A stretch of DNA of 64,000 nt from an uncultured Microthrixaceae bacterium. GTDB lineage: Bacteria > Actinomycetota > Acidimicrobiia > Acidimicrobiales > VFJN01. Positions 26,226-41,651 of this stretch are shown in pieces. Position numbers and translations under genes: made by a program. How positions within the stretch are numbered: the first letter of the stretch is position 1; every line of letters starts with the position of its first letter. Under the pieces are notes generated by a model, which saw only the letters and a program-made list of their open reading frames with translations, made no database searches and had not been told where the DNA came from. The DNA lies in assembly GCA_963750645.1 (NCBI GenBank), contig CAVVRO010000001.1, forward strand, positions 72,049-136,048, read 5' to 3'.

Positions 26226-27376
26226 CGGCCCCCAGCATCGGTGCGGCGCACTTCGACGACGCCTTCCTGGACGAGCTCCGCACGGTCGGGGACCCGCCCG
26301 CGGACGCGGTCGTGGCCTCCTATCTCGACGGACAGCTGGGCGCGCACGCCGGACAGCTGATCGGCTCGCTGATCGCCTACGGCGCCACCTCCGACGAGGC
26401 CTCCGCGCCGCTGCGCGCCTTCGTGCAGGAGCGCCCCGAGTGGCCGAGCTGGGCGGACCGCGAGACCGTGAACCGGGGACAGGAGCTGTTCGCCCGGTAC
26501 GTCGCGCAGCTGGGCCTCGGGTTGTGGATGGCGTCCATCCCGGCCGGGTACGCCGGTGCCCACGGTGCCGAGGTGCTCACCCACACCACCCGCCTCGTCT
26601 CCGATGCGAAGCGCCGGTTCCTCGAGACGGGCCAGTTCATCATCGACGTCATGACCCCTGGGGGCCTCGAGCCCGACGGTGGCGGCCTGCGGGACATCCG
26701 CCATGTGCGGCTGATGCACGCGTCGGCGAGGCACCTCCTCAGCCACCATGACGTGCCTGGGCAACCGCCCTTCGACACGGCGACCTTCGGCGTGCCGGTG
26801 AACCAGGAGGACCTGCTCGGCACGCTCTTCACCTTCTCGCTGGTGGGGCTCCAGGTGCTCGATCGCGGCGGCGTGCGCCTCGCGACCGCTGACCAGGAGG
26901 CCTACGTGCACGCCTGGAACGTGATCGGGCACGGCATGGGGATCCGCGACGATCTGCTGCCGTTGGGCCTGCAGGACTCGGAGATCGTGTTCAAGCGCAT
27001 CCAGCACCGCGCCTACCAGCGCAGCGACGCGGGCGCCCACCTCACGGCCGCTGCCATCGCCGTCATGCAGGAGCTGCTCGGGCTTCGGGTGCTGCGGGGC
27101 ATCCCTGCGGCCGGGATCCGGGAGTACCTCGGCGACGAGGTGGCCGACCTCCTCGCGGTCCCCCGTGCCGGTCTGTCGCGGCTCGTCTTCGTCCCGGACC
27201 GCTGGCTCAACGAGCTGGCGACCAGGATGCAGCGGGACTCGATCGTGGCCCGCAAGCTCAGCGCATCACTCGGTCGTCGGTTCTTCCGCGGCTTCTTGGC
27301 CTACGAGCGAGATGGCGAGCACCGCCCGGAGTTCGAGCTCACCGACGCCATCGCGGAGCAGCTCCGGCTGCGCTGA
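26222..27376 (+). CDS. MpaB/DUF2236-family oxygenase-like protein
   Basis: GTGA overlap with the cyclase gene. Motif RDIRHVRLMHASARHLL and overall length fit DUF2236. Confidence 0.65.
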   Translation: MTAPSIGAAHFDDAFLDELRTVGDPPADAVVASYLDGQLGAHAGQLIGSLIAYGATSDEASAPLRAFVQERPEWPSWADRETVNRGQELFARYVAQLGLGLWMASIPAGYAGAHGAEVLTHTTRLVSDAKRRFLETGQFIIDVMTPGGLEPDGGGLRDIRHVRLMHASARHLLSHHDVPGQPPFDTATFGVPVNQEDLLGTLFTFSLVGLQVLDRGGVRLATADQEAYVHAWNVIGHGMGIRDDLLPLGLQDSEIVFKRIQHRAYQRSDAGAHLTAAAIAVMQELLGLRVLRGIPAAGIREYLGDEVADLLAVPRAGLSRLVFVPDRWLNELATRMQRDSIVARKLSASLGRRFFRGFLAYERDGEHRPEFELTDAIAEQLRLR

Positions 27377-27415
27377 CGTGCCAGTGGGTGAGGGCGACGC
27401 CGACCTGCGCGCGCC

Positions 27416-28400
27416 TCAGCGCCAGCTGGAGAGCGTGCGGGCGTAGTTGCTGCGCTCGAAGGCCTCGGGGTTGGCGGCGGCCTCGCGCCGGACGCTGCCG
27501 CGCAGCTGGTTCACCGACGTGTACTCGTGGTCGACCATCCAGCTCACGAGCTCTTCCTCCATCGTGGCGATGTGGGCGGGGCCGTGGTGCAGGAGGGCCG
27601 AGGTGGTCATGGCCACGTCCGCGCCGACCAACAGGGCCTTGGCGACGTCCTGGCCGCCATGGACCCCGGAGGTCGCGGCCAGCGAGCAGGTCAGCTGCTC
27701 GCGGAGCACGGCGATCCACCGCAGCGGCAGGCGGAGCTCCCAGGGCGAGGAGAGCTCGACCGAGGGGAGAACGTCGAGCGTCTCCAGGTCGAGGTCAGGT
27801 TGGTAGAAGCGGTTGAACAGGACGAGGCCCGCGATCCCCGAACCCGCCAGCCGGACCGCGAACGACGCGAAGGCGGAGTAGTAGGGGCTCAGCTTCACGG
27901 CCACCGGGATCTCGAGCATCGAGGCGACCGTCCCGGCGAGCTCGACGTCCGCGTCCTCGACCTCGGCGGAGGAGCGGTGAGGGTCGACGTGCACCTCGTA
28001 GATGTTCAGCTCGAGGGCGTCGGCGCCGGCCTGCTCGAGCAGCTTGGCGTAGCGCACCCAGCCACCGATCGACGAGGCGTTGAGGCTGGCGATCACCGGC
28101 ACGTCGAGGTTGGCCTTGGCCTCCTCCACGCGGGTGAGGTAGCGATCGGGGCCCACGTCGTAGGTGGGAAGGGGCGGGAAGTAGTCGCCCGCCTCGCCGA
28201 ACATGTCCGTGCCCGCCTCGAGCGTGGCGTGGATGGACTGTGCCTCCAGCACGATCTGCTCCTCGAAGAGCGACGGCAGCACGACGGCGCCGACGCCGTG
28301 ATCCTCCAGGGCGACCATCGACTCGACGGTGCGGGTCGCGGGCCCAGCCGAGGCCACGATCGGCGAGCGGAGGGCCAAGCCGAGGTAGGAGGTGGACAGA

Positions 28401-28408
<8 letters not shown>
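27416..28408 (-). CDS. dihydroorotate dehydrogenase-like TIM-barrel protein (PFOR-associated type)
   Basis: ATG 28408 lies inside track ORF 27416-28672. Motifs SPIVASAGP, DALELNIY, PVAVKLSP, LVLFNRF, ATSGVH. Overlaps the PFOR stop by 8 nt. Confidence 0.8.
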
Positions 28409-32060
<3,652 letters not shown>

Positions 32061-32160
32061 TCACCACCGGCCGTCGCGAGAGGCCCGGGTTCGTGCATCC
32101 AAACGGGCCCCTCGGCGCGAAGGGAAGGAGCATCCGAAACTTCCCCAGGAGGAACCTGTC

Positions 32161-32784
32161 ATGCGCATCCGCACCCTGTTCGCCGCGACGGTGGCGGTCG
32201 CCGCCCTCGGCGCCACCGCGTTGGCGGCCCCCGCCGCGGCGTCGGCCCCGGCCGGTCCGACCCTCGCCGACATCCTCGAAGCGCAGGGTGGTGGGACCGA
32301 CCGCAACTGGTACGACTTCGACATCCTGGCCGCCGGTGTCGACGCCGCCGGGCTCACCGCCGCTCTCGACGATCCGTCCGCGAACCTGACCGTGTTCATC
32401 CCGAACGATCGTGCCTTCCAGGCGCTCGTCGCCGACCTGTACGGGTGGCGCTACTGGTTCGCCAGCGAGGCCACGATCCTCAACAAGCTGGTGCAGCTCG
32501 AGACCAGCGCCCCCGGCACGCTGCAGACGGTGATCCTGTACCACGCCGTCCCCGGCCAGATCCCCTCCAGCGTGGCCCTCAGCGTGCCCCGTGGCACGGC
32601 GCTGACGACGCTGCAGGGCGGGAAGATCAAGGTGTACCCGATCAAGTGGTTCGGCACCGCGGTGCTGGTCGACCAGGACCGCAACGACGTCGACCCGTTC
32701 CTGGTCAGGAGCAAGCTCGACATCCAGGCGAGCAACGGCATCGCCCACGGCATCAGCTTCGTGCTGCGTCCGGCCGACCTCTGA
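32161..32784 (+). CDS. secreted fasciclin (FAS1) domain protein (MPT70/MPB83-like)
   Basis: Signal peptide MRIRTLFAATVAVAALGATALAAPAAASA. Motifs VFIPNDRAF, LYHAVPG and SNGIAHGI. AGGAGG Shine-Dalgarno. Confidence 0.85.
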   Translation: MRIRTLFAATVAVAALGATALAAPAAASAPAGPTLADILEAQGGGTDRNWYDFDILAAGVDAAGLTAALDDPSANLTVFIPNDRAFQALVADLYGWRYWFASEATILNKLVQLETSAPGTLQTVILYHAVPGQIPSSVALSVPRGTALTTLQGGKIKVYPIKWFGTAVLVDQDRNDVDPFLVRSKLDIQASNGIAHGISFVLRPADL

Positions 32785-32813
32785 GCCACCAGCGGTCCGT
32801 CACCTTCCGCACC

Positions 32814-32843
32814 GAGGGCCCCGACCGACCGGCCGGGGCCCTC
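32814..32843. terminator. bidirectional terminator-like hairpin between convergent genes
   Basis: GAGGGCCCCG (32814-32823) pairs with CGGGGCCCTC (32834-32843); 10-nt loop. Confidence 0.55.
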
Positions 32844-32895
32844 GGCGCGCAGGACCTGACGCTCGGTCGACTCAGCGGGTCGACGGGCGTCCGGT

Positions 32896-33462
32896 TCAGG
32901 TACCTGGAGGATCGGCGAGGAGGATCTGGACGGTGAGGAGGCGCGGGTCGAACGTCGGCTCCCAGGGGAGGGCACCGGCCTGGTCGGGCCACGCCAGCTG
33001 CACGAGCGCAAAGCCGTCCGGGTCGTCACCGGCCAGGACGTGGTGCTCCACCAGCGACGGGAACATGGCCGCGCAGGTCGACACGTCGACCGGCAGGAAG
33101 GCGCAGGGCTGGCCGCCGTCGAGGAGACCGATGAACGGCGCCGAGATCGGGAGGTCGGTGCCGCCGGCCAGCGCGCCGGCCACCAGGTCGAAGAGGCCTC
33201 GACAGGCAACCGGCGACAGACCGACCACGCACACCTCCGGGAAGCCGAACCGCTCCTCGAAGCCGATCGTGTACGCGTAGCTCGGGAACGTCGACTCGCG
33301 GCCCTCGCGGGAGGGGACGGCGTCGATCGCCCAGCCCTCCCGCTCGAGCATGAACTCCACCTTGTCCCGGTGGCTCATGTCCCGATCGGGGAAGACGTCG
33401 TCGTCGCTCACCCCGTCAGCCTGGCAGAGCGGCACGGTTTCGCCTCTTGACCGGGCAGTCAA
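32896..33462 (-). CDS. DUF4262-like protein
   Basis: SYAYTIGFEERFGFPEVCVVGL motif. The start is uncertain (33462 or ATG 33378). Confidence 0.55.
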   Translation of the reverse strand: MTARSRGETVPLCQADGVSDDDVFPDRDMSHRDKVEFMLEREGWAIDAVPSREGRESTFPSYAYTIGFEERFGFPEVCVVGLSPVACRGLFDLVAGALAGGTDLPISAPFIGLLDGGQPCAFLPVDVSTCAAMFPSLVEHHVLAGDDPDGFALVQLAWPDQAGALPWEPTFDPRLLTVQILLADPPGT

Positions 33463-33476
33463 TAGAGTCGTTCGCC

Positions 33477-34253
33477 ATGGATCTCAACGGCATCTCAGCG
33501 ATCGTCACCGGAGGCGCCTCGGGCCTCGGTGAGGCCACCGTCCGCATGCTCACGTCCCGCGGCGCCAGGTGCGTCGTGGTCGACATGAACCCGGACAGGG
33601 GCGAAGCGGTGGCCAAGGACGTCGGCGGTGTGTTCGCCCAGGCCGACGTGGCCAACGTCGAGCAGGTGATCGCGGCGGTCGAGGCGGCCAAGGAGCTCGG
33701 GCCGCTGCGGGCCCTCGTGACGGCCGCCGGTGTCGGCTGGGCCACCCGCACCATCGGGCGCGACGGCCAGTACGAGTCGGCCCACGACCTCGACGTCTTC
33801 AAGAAGGTGCTCGAGGTGAACCTGATCGGAACGTTCAACTGCATCCGCCTGGCCGCCAGCGCGATGAGCCTGAACGAGCCGCTCGCCGACAACGAGAAGG
33901 GCGCCATCGTGACGGTCGCCTCCGTCGCGGCCTTCGACGGGCAGATCGGCCAGGCGTCCTACTCGGCCTCCAAGGGGGGCGTCGTCGGCATGACCCTCCC
34001 GATCGCTCGAGACCTCTCCGCCGCCGGGATCCGGGTCAACTGCATCGCCCCCGGCCTGATCGACACGCCGATCTACGGACAGGGCGAGGCCTCCGAGGCC
34101 TTCAAGGAGAAGCTGAAGCGCGACGTGCTGTTCCCGGACCGCCTGGGCACCGCCGACGAGTTCGCCTCGATGGCCCTCGAGCTGCTGTCGAACAGCTACA
34201 TGAACGCGGAGACGATCCGCGTGGACGGTGGCGTCCGCATGCAGCCCAAGTGA
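33477..34253 (+). CDS. short-chain dehydrogenase/reductase, 3-hydroxyacyl-CoA dehydrogenase type-2-like
   Basis: IVTGGASGLG, VASVAAFDGQIGQASYSASKGG (YxxxK) and PGLIDTP. Confidence 0.85.
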   Translation: MDLNGISAIVTGGASGLGEATVRMLTSRGARCVVVDMNPDRGEAVAKDVGGVFAQADVANVEQVIAAVEAAKELGPLRALVTAAGVGWATRTIGRDGQYESAHDLDVFKKVLEVNLIGTFNCIRLAASAMSLNEPLADNEKGAIVTVASVAAFDGQIGQASYSASKGGVVGMTLPIARDLSAAGIRVNCIAPGLIDTPIYGQGEASEAFKEKLKRDVLFPDRLGTADEFASMALELLSNSYMNAETIRVDGGVRMQPK

Positions 34254-34301
34254 CCCGGCCAGCGGCGCGTCACCGCGAGCGCCTGTGAGCGGCCTCGCCG
34301 T

Positions 34302-36671
<2,370 letters not shown>

Positions 36672-36681
36672 GGACAGGGCA

Positions 36682-37575
36682 CTAGCCGTTCAGCATCGCT
36701 TCCAGGGTCGGCTCGAGGTCGGTGTGCTCGAACTCGTAGCCGGCGTCGAGCAGGACCTCGGGCAGCACGCGCTGCCCGTCGTACAGGAGGGCCTGCGCGA
36801 GCTCGGCGCCGACGAGGAGCTTGGGACCGAAGCTCGGCACGGGCAGGACGGTGGGGCGGTGCAGCACCCGTCCGAGCGCCTTGGTGAACACCGCGTTGGT
36901 GACCGGGCCTGGGCCCGTGAGGTTCACCGGTCCCGTGACGTCGTGCTCGAGGAGGAAGCGGATGGCGCCGACCTCGTCGGCCAGGCTGATCCAGCTCATC
37001 CACTGCCGACCGGAGCCGAGCTTGCCGAGCAGGCCGAAGCGCGCCAGTCCCGCGAGGCGGTGGAGCACGCCTCCGTGCGCGGCGAGCACGATGCCGGTGC
37101 GGATCCGTGGCACGCGGATGCCCGCGGCGGCCGCCGGCTCCGCGGCCGCCTCCCAGGCGTCCACCACGTCCGAGAGGAAGCCGGTGCCGCGCTCGCTGGT
37201 CTCGGTCAGCTGTTCGTCGCCGCGGTTCCCGTAGAACCCGATCGCCGATCCGGACACGAGCACAGGGGGCTTGACCGTGAGCGAGGTCAGCGCGTCGACC
37301 AGGAGGGCCGTGCCCTTGGTGCGGCTCTCGAGGATCCTGCGCTTCTGCTCGTCGGTCCACCGCTTCTCGCCGATCCCCTCGCCCGCGAGGTGCACCACAC
37401 CGTCGAGGCCCTCGAGGCCTGCTGCGTCGATGTGGCCGGCGTCGATGTCCCACCGCACGGTGCCGGCGCCGGCGTCGGATCGCACGACTCGAACAGCGGT
37501 GTGCCCATCTGCCTCCAGCGAGGTGACGAGCGCGCTCCCGATCAGCCCGCTCGACCCGGTGATGGCGATGCGCAT
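36682..37575 (-). CDS. TIGR01777-type NAD-dependent epimerase family protein (SDR39U1-like)
   Basis: MRIAITGSSGLIGSAL start; C-terminal DUF1731-like region. ATG 37575 lies inside track ORF 36682-37656. Confidence 0.75.
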   Translation of the reverse strand: MRIAITGSSGLIGSALVTSLEADGHTAVRVVRSDAGAGTVRWDIDAGHIDAAGLEGLDGVVHLAGEGIGEKRWTDEQKRRILESRTKGTALLVDALTSLTVKPPVLVSGSAIGFYGNRGDEQLTETSERGTGFLSDVVDAWEAAAEPAAAAGIRVPRIRTGIVLAAHGGVLHRLAGLARFGLLGKLGSGRQWMSWISLADEVGAIRFLLEHDVTGPVNLTGPGPVTNAVFTKALGRVLHRPTVLPVPSFGPKLLVGAELAQALLYDGQRVLPEVLLDAGYEFEHTDLEPTLEAMLNG

Positions 37576-37697
37576 CAGGTCACCGTACTGGCCGGGCGAT
37601 CGAGCGGGGTTGCCGCTCCGCACGAGGGCGGTCCTAGGATCCGACGGTCCAACCACCAGTGTTGGGTCGTCCCCCGACGGGGGAAGAGGAGCACACG

Positions 37698-38369
37698 TTG
37701 CACGTCGTCATCGTCGGATGTGGCCGGGTGGGTTCTGGGCTCGCTCGCATCCTGGAGGACGGTGGCCACACGGTCGCCGTCGTCGACAAGCAGGCCAAGG
37801 CCTTCCGTCGGCTCCCCGAGGGGTTCACCGGCCGAACCATCCAAGGGGTCGGGTTCGACCGGGATCGGCTGCGCGAGGCCGGCATCGAGGAAGCCGGCGC
37901 CCTGGCGGCGGTGACCAGCGGCGACAACTCGAACATCATGGTGGCGCGCACCGCTCGCGAGGTCTTCGGCCTGGAGCGGGTGATCGCCCGCATCTACGAC
38001 CCTCGCCGGGCGGCGATCTACGAGAAGCTCGGCATCCCGACCATCGCGACCGTGCAGTGGACCACCGACCGAGTGCTGCGCCGGATCCTCCCTGATGCGC
38101 CCGCCACGGAGTGGACGGACCCGTCGGCGGGCGTCGTGCTCGTCGAGCGACCGGTGGCCGCCGGGTGGGCCGGACGCCGCCTTGCCGATCTCGACGTGGC
38201 CGGGCTGGCCCGGGTGGCGGCCCTCTCGCGGCTGGGCGTGGGACAGGTGCCCGACCCGGATCTCGTGACGCAAGAGGGCGATGTCGTGTACATGTCGGTG
38301 GCCGCGGACCGGCTCGCCGATCTCGACGCCCACCTCGCCGAGGGCACCGGCACGGGAGGCCACGCATGA
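37698..38369 (+). CDS. trkA: TrkA-family potassium transporter NAD-binding subunit
   Basis: VVIVGCGRVGSGLARIL Rossmann motif. TTG 37698 follows GAGGAG. A C-terminal RCK_C-like region is present. Confidence 0.8.
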   Translation: MHVVIVGCGRVGSGLARILEDGGHTVAVVDKQAKAFRRLPEGFTGRTIQGVGFDRDRLREAGIEEAGALAAVTSGDNSNIMVARTAREVFGLERVIARIYDPRRAAIYEKLGIPTIATVQWTTDRVLRRILPDAPATEWTDPSAGVVLVERPVAAGWAGRRLADLDVAGLARVAALSRLGVGQVPDPDLVTQEGDVVYMSVAADRLADLDAHLAEGTGTGGHA

Positions 38370-39037
38370 AGGTCGTCATCGTGGGCGGCGGCAACGTCGG
38401 CACGTTCATCTCGGCCGAGCTCACCAGGGGTGGCCACGAGGTCACGATCATCGAGGTCGAGGCCGAGCGAGTGGCCAGGGCACAGGCCACGGGGGAGCCG
38501 GCAGGGGTGCGCTGGGTGCTCGCCGATGCGTGCGAGGTCGACAACCTGCGCAGGGTGCCGCTCGACGGCGTCGACGTCCTCGCTGCCGTCACCGGAGACG
38601 ACGAGGACAACCTCGTCGTCTCGCTGCTCGCCAAGCAGGAGTTCGCCGTCCCCCGCGTGATCGCCCGCGTGAACAACCCGAAGAACCACTGGATGTTCAA
38701 CGAGAACTGGGGCGTCGACGTCGCGGTGTCCACCCCCCACCTGCTCACCTCGCTCGTCGAGGAGGCGGTGTCGGTGGGCACCCTCGTGCGATTGCTCAGC
38801 TTCGAGCGAGGACGGGCCAGCTTGATCGAGGTGACGCTGGCGGCCGACGCGAAGGCCGCCAACCGCGACATCGTCGACCTCGAGTTCCCACGTGACTCCA
38901 CCATCGTGGCGGTCCTGCGGGAGGAGCGAGTCATCTTCCCCCGAGGCGACACGCGGCTGCTGCCGGGCGACGAGGTGCTCGTGCTCGTGACCCCCGACAG
39001 CGAAGCGGACGTCCAGTCCATCCTCACCGAACGGTGA
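38366..39037 (+). CDS. trkA: TrkA-family potassium transporter NAD-binding subunit (second copy)
   Basis: ATGA overlap with the preceding gene. Motifs MKVVIVGGGNVGTFISAEL and LLPGDEVLVLV. Confidence 0.85.
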   Translation: MKVVIVGGGNVGTFISAELTRGGHEVTIIEVEAERVARAQATGEPAGVRWVLADACEVDNLRRVPLDGVDVLAAVTGDDEDNLVVSLLAKQEFAVPRVIARVNNPKNHWMFNENWGVDVAVSTPHLLTSLVEEAVSVGTLVRLLSFERGRASLIEVTLAADAKAANRDIVDLEFPRDSTIVAVLREERVIFPRGDTRLLPGDEVLVLVTPDSEADVQSILTER

Positions 39038-39041
39038 GCGC

Positions 39042-39137
39042 GTGAGCACCCGGCGCTTGATCCTGGCGGCGGCCCTGTGCGGCCTGGCCATCCTGGTGGC
39101 GGCCGCCATCCAGTTCGCGCTCATCGCGAGCAAGTAG
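39042..39137 (+). CDS. possible 31-aa single-helix membrane peptide
   Basis: GTG 39042 lies 5 nt after the trkA stop. Sequence VSTRRLILAAALCGLAILVAAAIQFALIASK with high GC3. Not in the track because it is under 60 aa. Confidence 0.3.
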   Translation: MSTRRLILAAALCGLAILVAAAIQFALIASK

Positions 39138-39189
39138 CGCAGATTCCCGTCAGATCATCGTCACCCGCCCGCAAGGTGCCGGCAGTAGG

Positions 39190-40662
39190 TTGCGCCGGGT
39201 GACGACGGGTCTCTTCGACGGCTACGACCCAGAGTCGTTCTTCGACGAGGCGGTCTGCCCGGGCGGCGCCCCGCGCCCGCACTACGAGGCGCTCGTCCGC
39301 CGCCTGTCAGGCTTCACGCCGCACCAGCTCGCCGAGCGCGAGCGCGTGCGCGACGCGGCGTTCCGCCAGGCCGGCATCACCTTCACCGTGTACGGGGAAG
39401 GGGAGGGGGTCGAGCGCACCTTCCCGATGGACCTGGTACCCCGCATCATCCCGGCGGACGAGTGGGCGCACCTCGAGGAAGGGCTGGTGCAGCGCGTCAC
39501 GGCCCTCAACCGCTTCCTGGACGACCTCTACGTCGGCGACCAGGCGGCGGTGAAGGACGGCATCATCCCGCGGTGGCTGATCACCAGCAGCGACGGCTTC
39601 CAGCGGGAGGCCTCCGGCATCGCCGTGCCCCACGGCGCCCGCTGCCTCGTCGCCGGCATCGACCTCGTGCGCGACGCCGAGGGCACCTACCGGGTGCTGG
39701 AGGACAACCTGCGCAACCCCAGCGGCGTGTCGTACGTCCTGGAGAACCGCGCCGCCATGACCCGCGTGCTGCCACGCGTGTTCGACGACCACCTCGTGCG
39801 GCCCGTCGATCACTACGGCCCGTCCCTTCTGGGCGCGCTCCGGCGGGTCAGCCCCGCCGGCGCCGACCCGGAGCCCACCGTCGTCGTGCTGACGCCGGGT
39901 GTGTACAACGCGGCCTACTTCGAGCACGCCTTCCTCGCCCGTCAGATGGGTGTGGAGCTGGTCGAGGGCCGGGACCTCGTCGTGGACGACCACGTCGTGT
40001 CGATGCGCACGACCCACGGCCTCAAGCGGGTCGACGTGATCTACCGGCGCATCGACGACGCCTTCCTCGATCCGGTGGTGTTCCGCTCCGACTCGATCCT
40101 GGGGGTCCCGGGCCTGATGAGTGCCGCCCGCGCCGGCAACGTGACGATCGCCAACGCGGTCGGCAACGGGGTGGCGGACGACAAGGCCGTGTACGCCTAC
40201 GTGCCCGACCTCATCCGCTACTACCTCGGCGCCGAACCGATCCTCGCGAGCGTGCCGACCTACCTGCTCTGGGACCAGGACCAGCGAGACCACGTGCTGG
40301 CCCGCCTCGACGAGCTGGTGGTGAAGCCGGTGGCCGAGTCCGGCGGGTACGGGATGCTCATCGGGCCGTCGGCGACGGACGCCGAGATCGAGGCCATGCG
40401 CAAGCGCATCGAGGCCGACCCCCGGAACTACATCGCCCAGGAGGTGGTGCCGCTCTCGCGGCATCCCACGCTCGTCGACGACCACCTCGAGGGCCGGCAC
40501 ATCGACCTGCGCCCGTTCGTGCTGTGCGGCGACAAGGTGGAGGTCATCCCCGGTGGTCTCACCCGGGTCGCGCTGCGCAAGGGAAGCCTGGTGGTGAACT
40601 CGAGCCAGGGTGGCGGCAGCAAGGACACGTGGGTGCTGGCGGCGCCGGAGGATCACAGCTGA
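39190..40662 (+). CDS. circularly permuted type-2 ATP-grasp protein (DUF404/DUF407)
   Basis: 490 codons. FRQAGITFTVYGE, FPMDLVPRII, RVLEDNLRNPSGVSYVLENR, GGYGMLIGP and IAQEVV are typical of this family as I recall it. Confidence 0.8.
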   Translation: MRRVTTGLFDGYDPESFFDEAVCPGGAPRPHYEALVRRLSGFTPHQLAERERVRDAAFRQAGITFTVYGEGEGVERTFPMDLVPRIIPADEWAHLEEGLVQRVTALNRFLDDLYVGDQAAVKDGIIPRWLITSSDGFQREASGIAVPHGARCLVAGIDLVRDAEGTYRVLEDNLRNPSGVSYVLENRAAMTRVLPRVFDDHLVRPVDHYGPSLLGALRRVSPAGADPEPTVVVLTPGVYNAAYFEHAFLARQMGVELVEGRDLVVDDHVVSMRTTHGLKRVDVIYRRIDDAFLDPVVFRSDSILGVPGLMSAARAGNVTIANAVGNGVADDKAVYAYVPDLIRYYLGAEPILASVPTYLLWDQDQRDHVLARLDELVVKPVAESGGYGMLIGPSATDAEIEAMRKRIEADPRNYIAQEVVPLSRHPTLVDDHLEGRHIDLRPFVLCGDKVEVIPGGLTRVALRKGSLVVNSSQGGGSKDTWVLAAPEDHS

Positions 40663-41648
40663 TGCTGGCACGCCACGCGGAGTCGCTGTTCTGGGCCGGT
40701 CGACAGATCGAGCGGGCGGAGGACACCGCGCGGATGCTCGACGTCACCTACCACGGGCTGCTCGAGGCGATGCCGTGGGAAGCGGAGCGATCGTGGAAGG
40801 ACCTCCTCAAGGTGCTCTGGCTCGACCGCCCGTTCGCGGAGCTCGAGCAGGGGATGCGCGCGGCGACCGTGTCGGAGTTCCTTGTGTTCGACCCGGACAA
40901 CCCTGGAGCCATCGTGTCGGCGGTGGGGGGCGCCAGGGAGAACGCGCGTGCCGCTCGCGAGCTGATCTCGAGCGAGCTCTGGGAGGCGATCAACAGCTTC
41001 TACCTGGAGCTGCGATCCCGGAACCTGCGCGCCGATGTCGAGGCCCGGCCGCACGAGCTGTACGAGTTCGTGAAGCGGAGCTGCCAGACGATCTCGGGGG
41101 TGGCCGTCGAGACCATGCCTCGGGACGACGGCTGGCGGTTCCTACAGCTCGGGTGGATGCTCGAGCGGGCCGAGATGACCTGTCGCCTGCTCGACGTCCG
41201 CTACAGCCAGCTGGTGACGGCAGGGGCCACGGGTGGGTTCCACCACTGGCTGCAGACCCTGAAGTCGGCGTCGGGGTCCGAGGCGTTCCGTCGCCGCTAC
41301 CGCGCGTCGATGGACCCGGCCGACGTCGTCGAGTTCCTCCTCCTCTCGCGCACGTTCCCTCGGTCGGTGCTCTTCTGCCTGCGGGGTGTCGAGAACGATC
41401 TGGCGAGGCTCGAGGCGGGGAGCGCGACGTTGTCCCGGCCCCAGCGGATCCTCGGTCGCACCCGTTCCGACCTCGAGTTCCTCGACACCCACGAGCTGCT
41501 GCAGGGCGACCTGCACGTCTTCCTCGACCAGATGCTCAGTGGCGTGCGCCAGGTGGCGGAGGCCGTCGCGCTCCAGTACTTCCGCAACGCCCAGGAGCAC
41601 GACTTCCATGCCCTCGACCCCTACGGCCCCGTCGCCGAGGTCGGCTAG
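40662..41648 (+). CDS. alpha-E domain protein (DUF403)
   Basis: TGATG overlap with the ATP-grasp gene. N-terminus MLARHAESLFWAGRQIERAEDTARMLDV; also WRFLQLGWMLERAEMTCRLLDV. Confidence 0.8.
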   Translation: MLARHAESLFWAGRQIERAEDTARMLDVTYHGLLEAMPWEAERSWKDLLKVLWLDRPFAELEQGMRAATVSEFLVFDPDNPGAIVSAVGGARENARAARELISSELWEAINSFYLELRSRNLRADVEARPHELYEFVKRSCQTISGVAVETMPRDDGWRFLQLGWMLERAEMTCRLLDVRYSQLVTAGATGGFHHWLQTLKSASGSEAFRRRYRASMDPADVVEFLLLSRTFPRSVLFCLRGVENDLARLEAGSATLSRPQRILGRTRSDLEFLDTHELLQGDLHVFLDQMLSGVRQVAEAVALQYFRNAQEHDFHALDPYGPVAEVG

Positions 41649-41651
41649 CAG

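Noticed and set aside
37576-37697. Possible c-di-AMP (ydaO-type) riboswitch upstream of trkA, because of the CCCCGACGGGGGA motif and the potassium-transport context.
   Set aside because: The spacer is only 122 nt and is shared with a divergent gene. The motif is a simple 6-bp hairpin, and the pseudo-two-fold ydaO architecture is absent.
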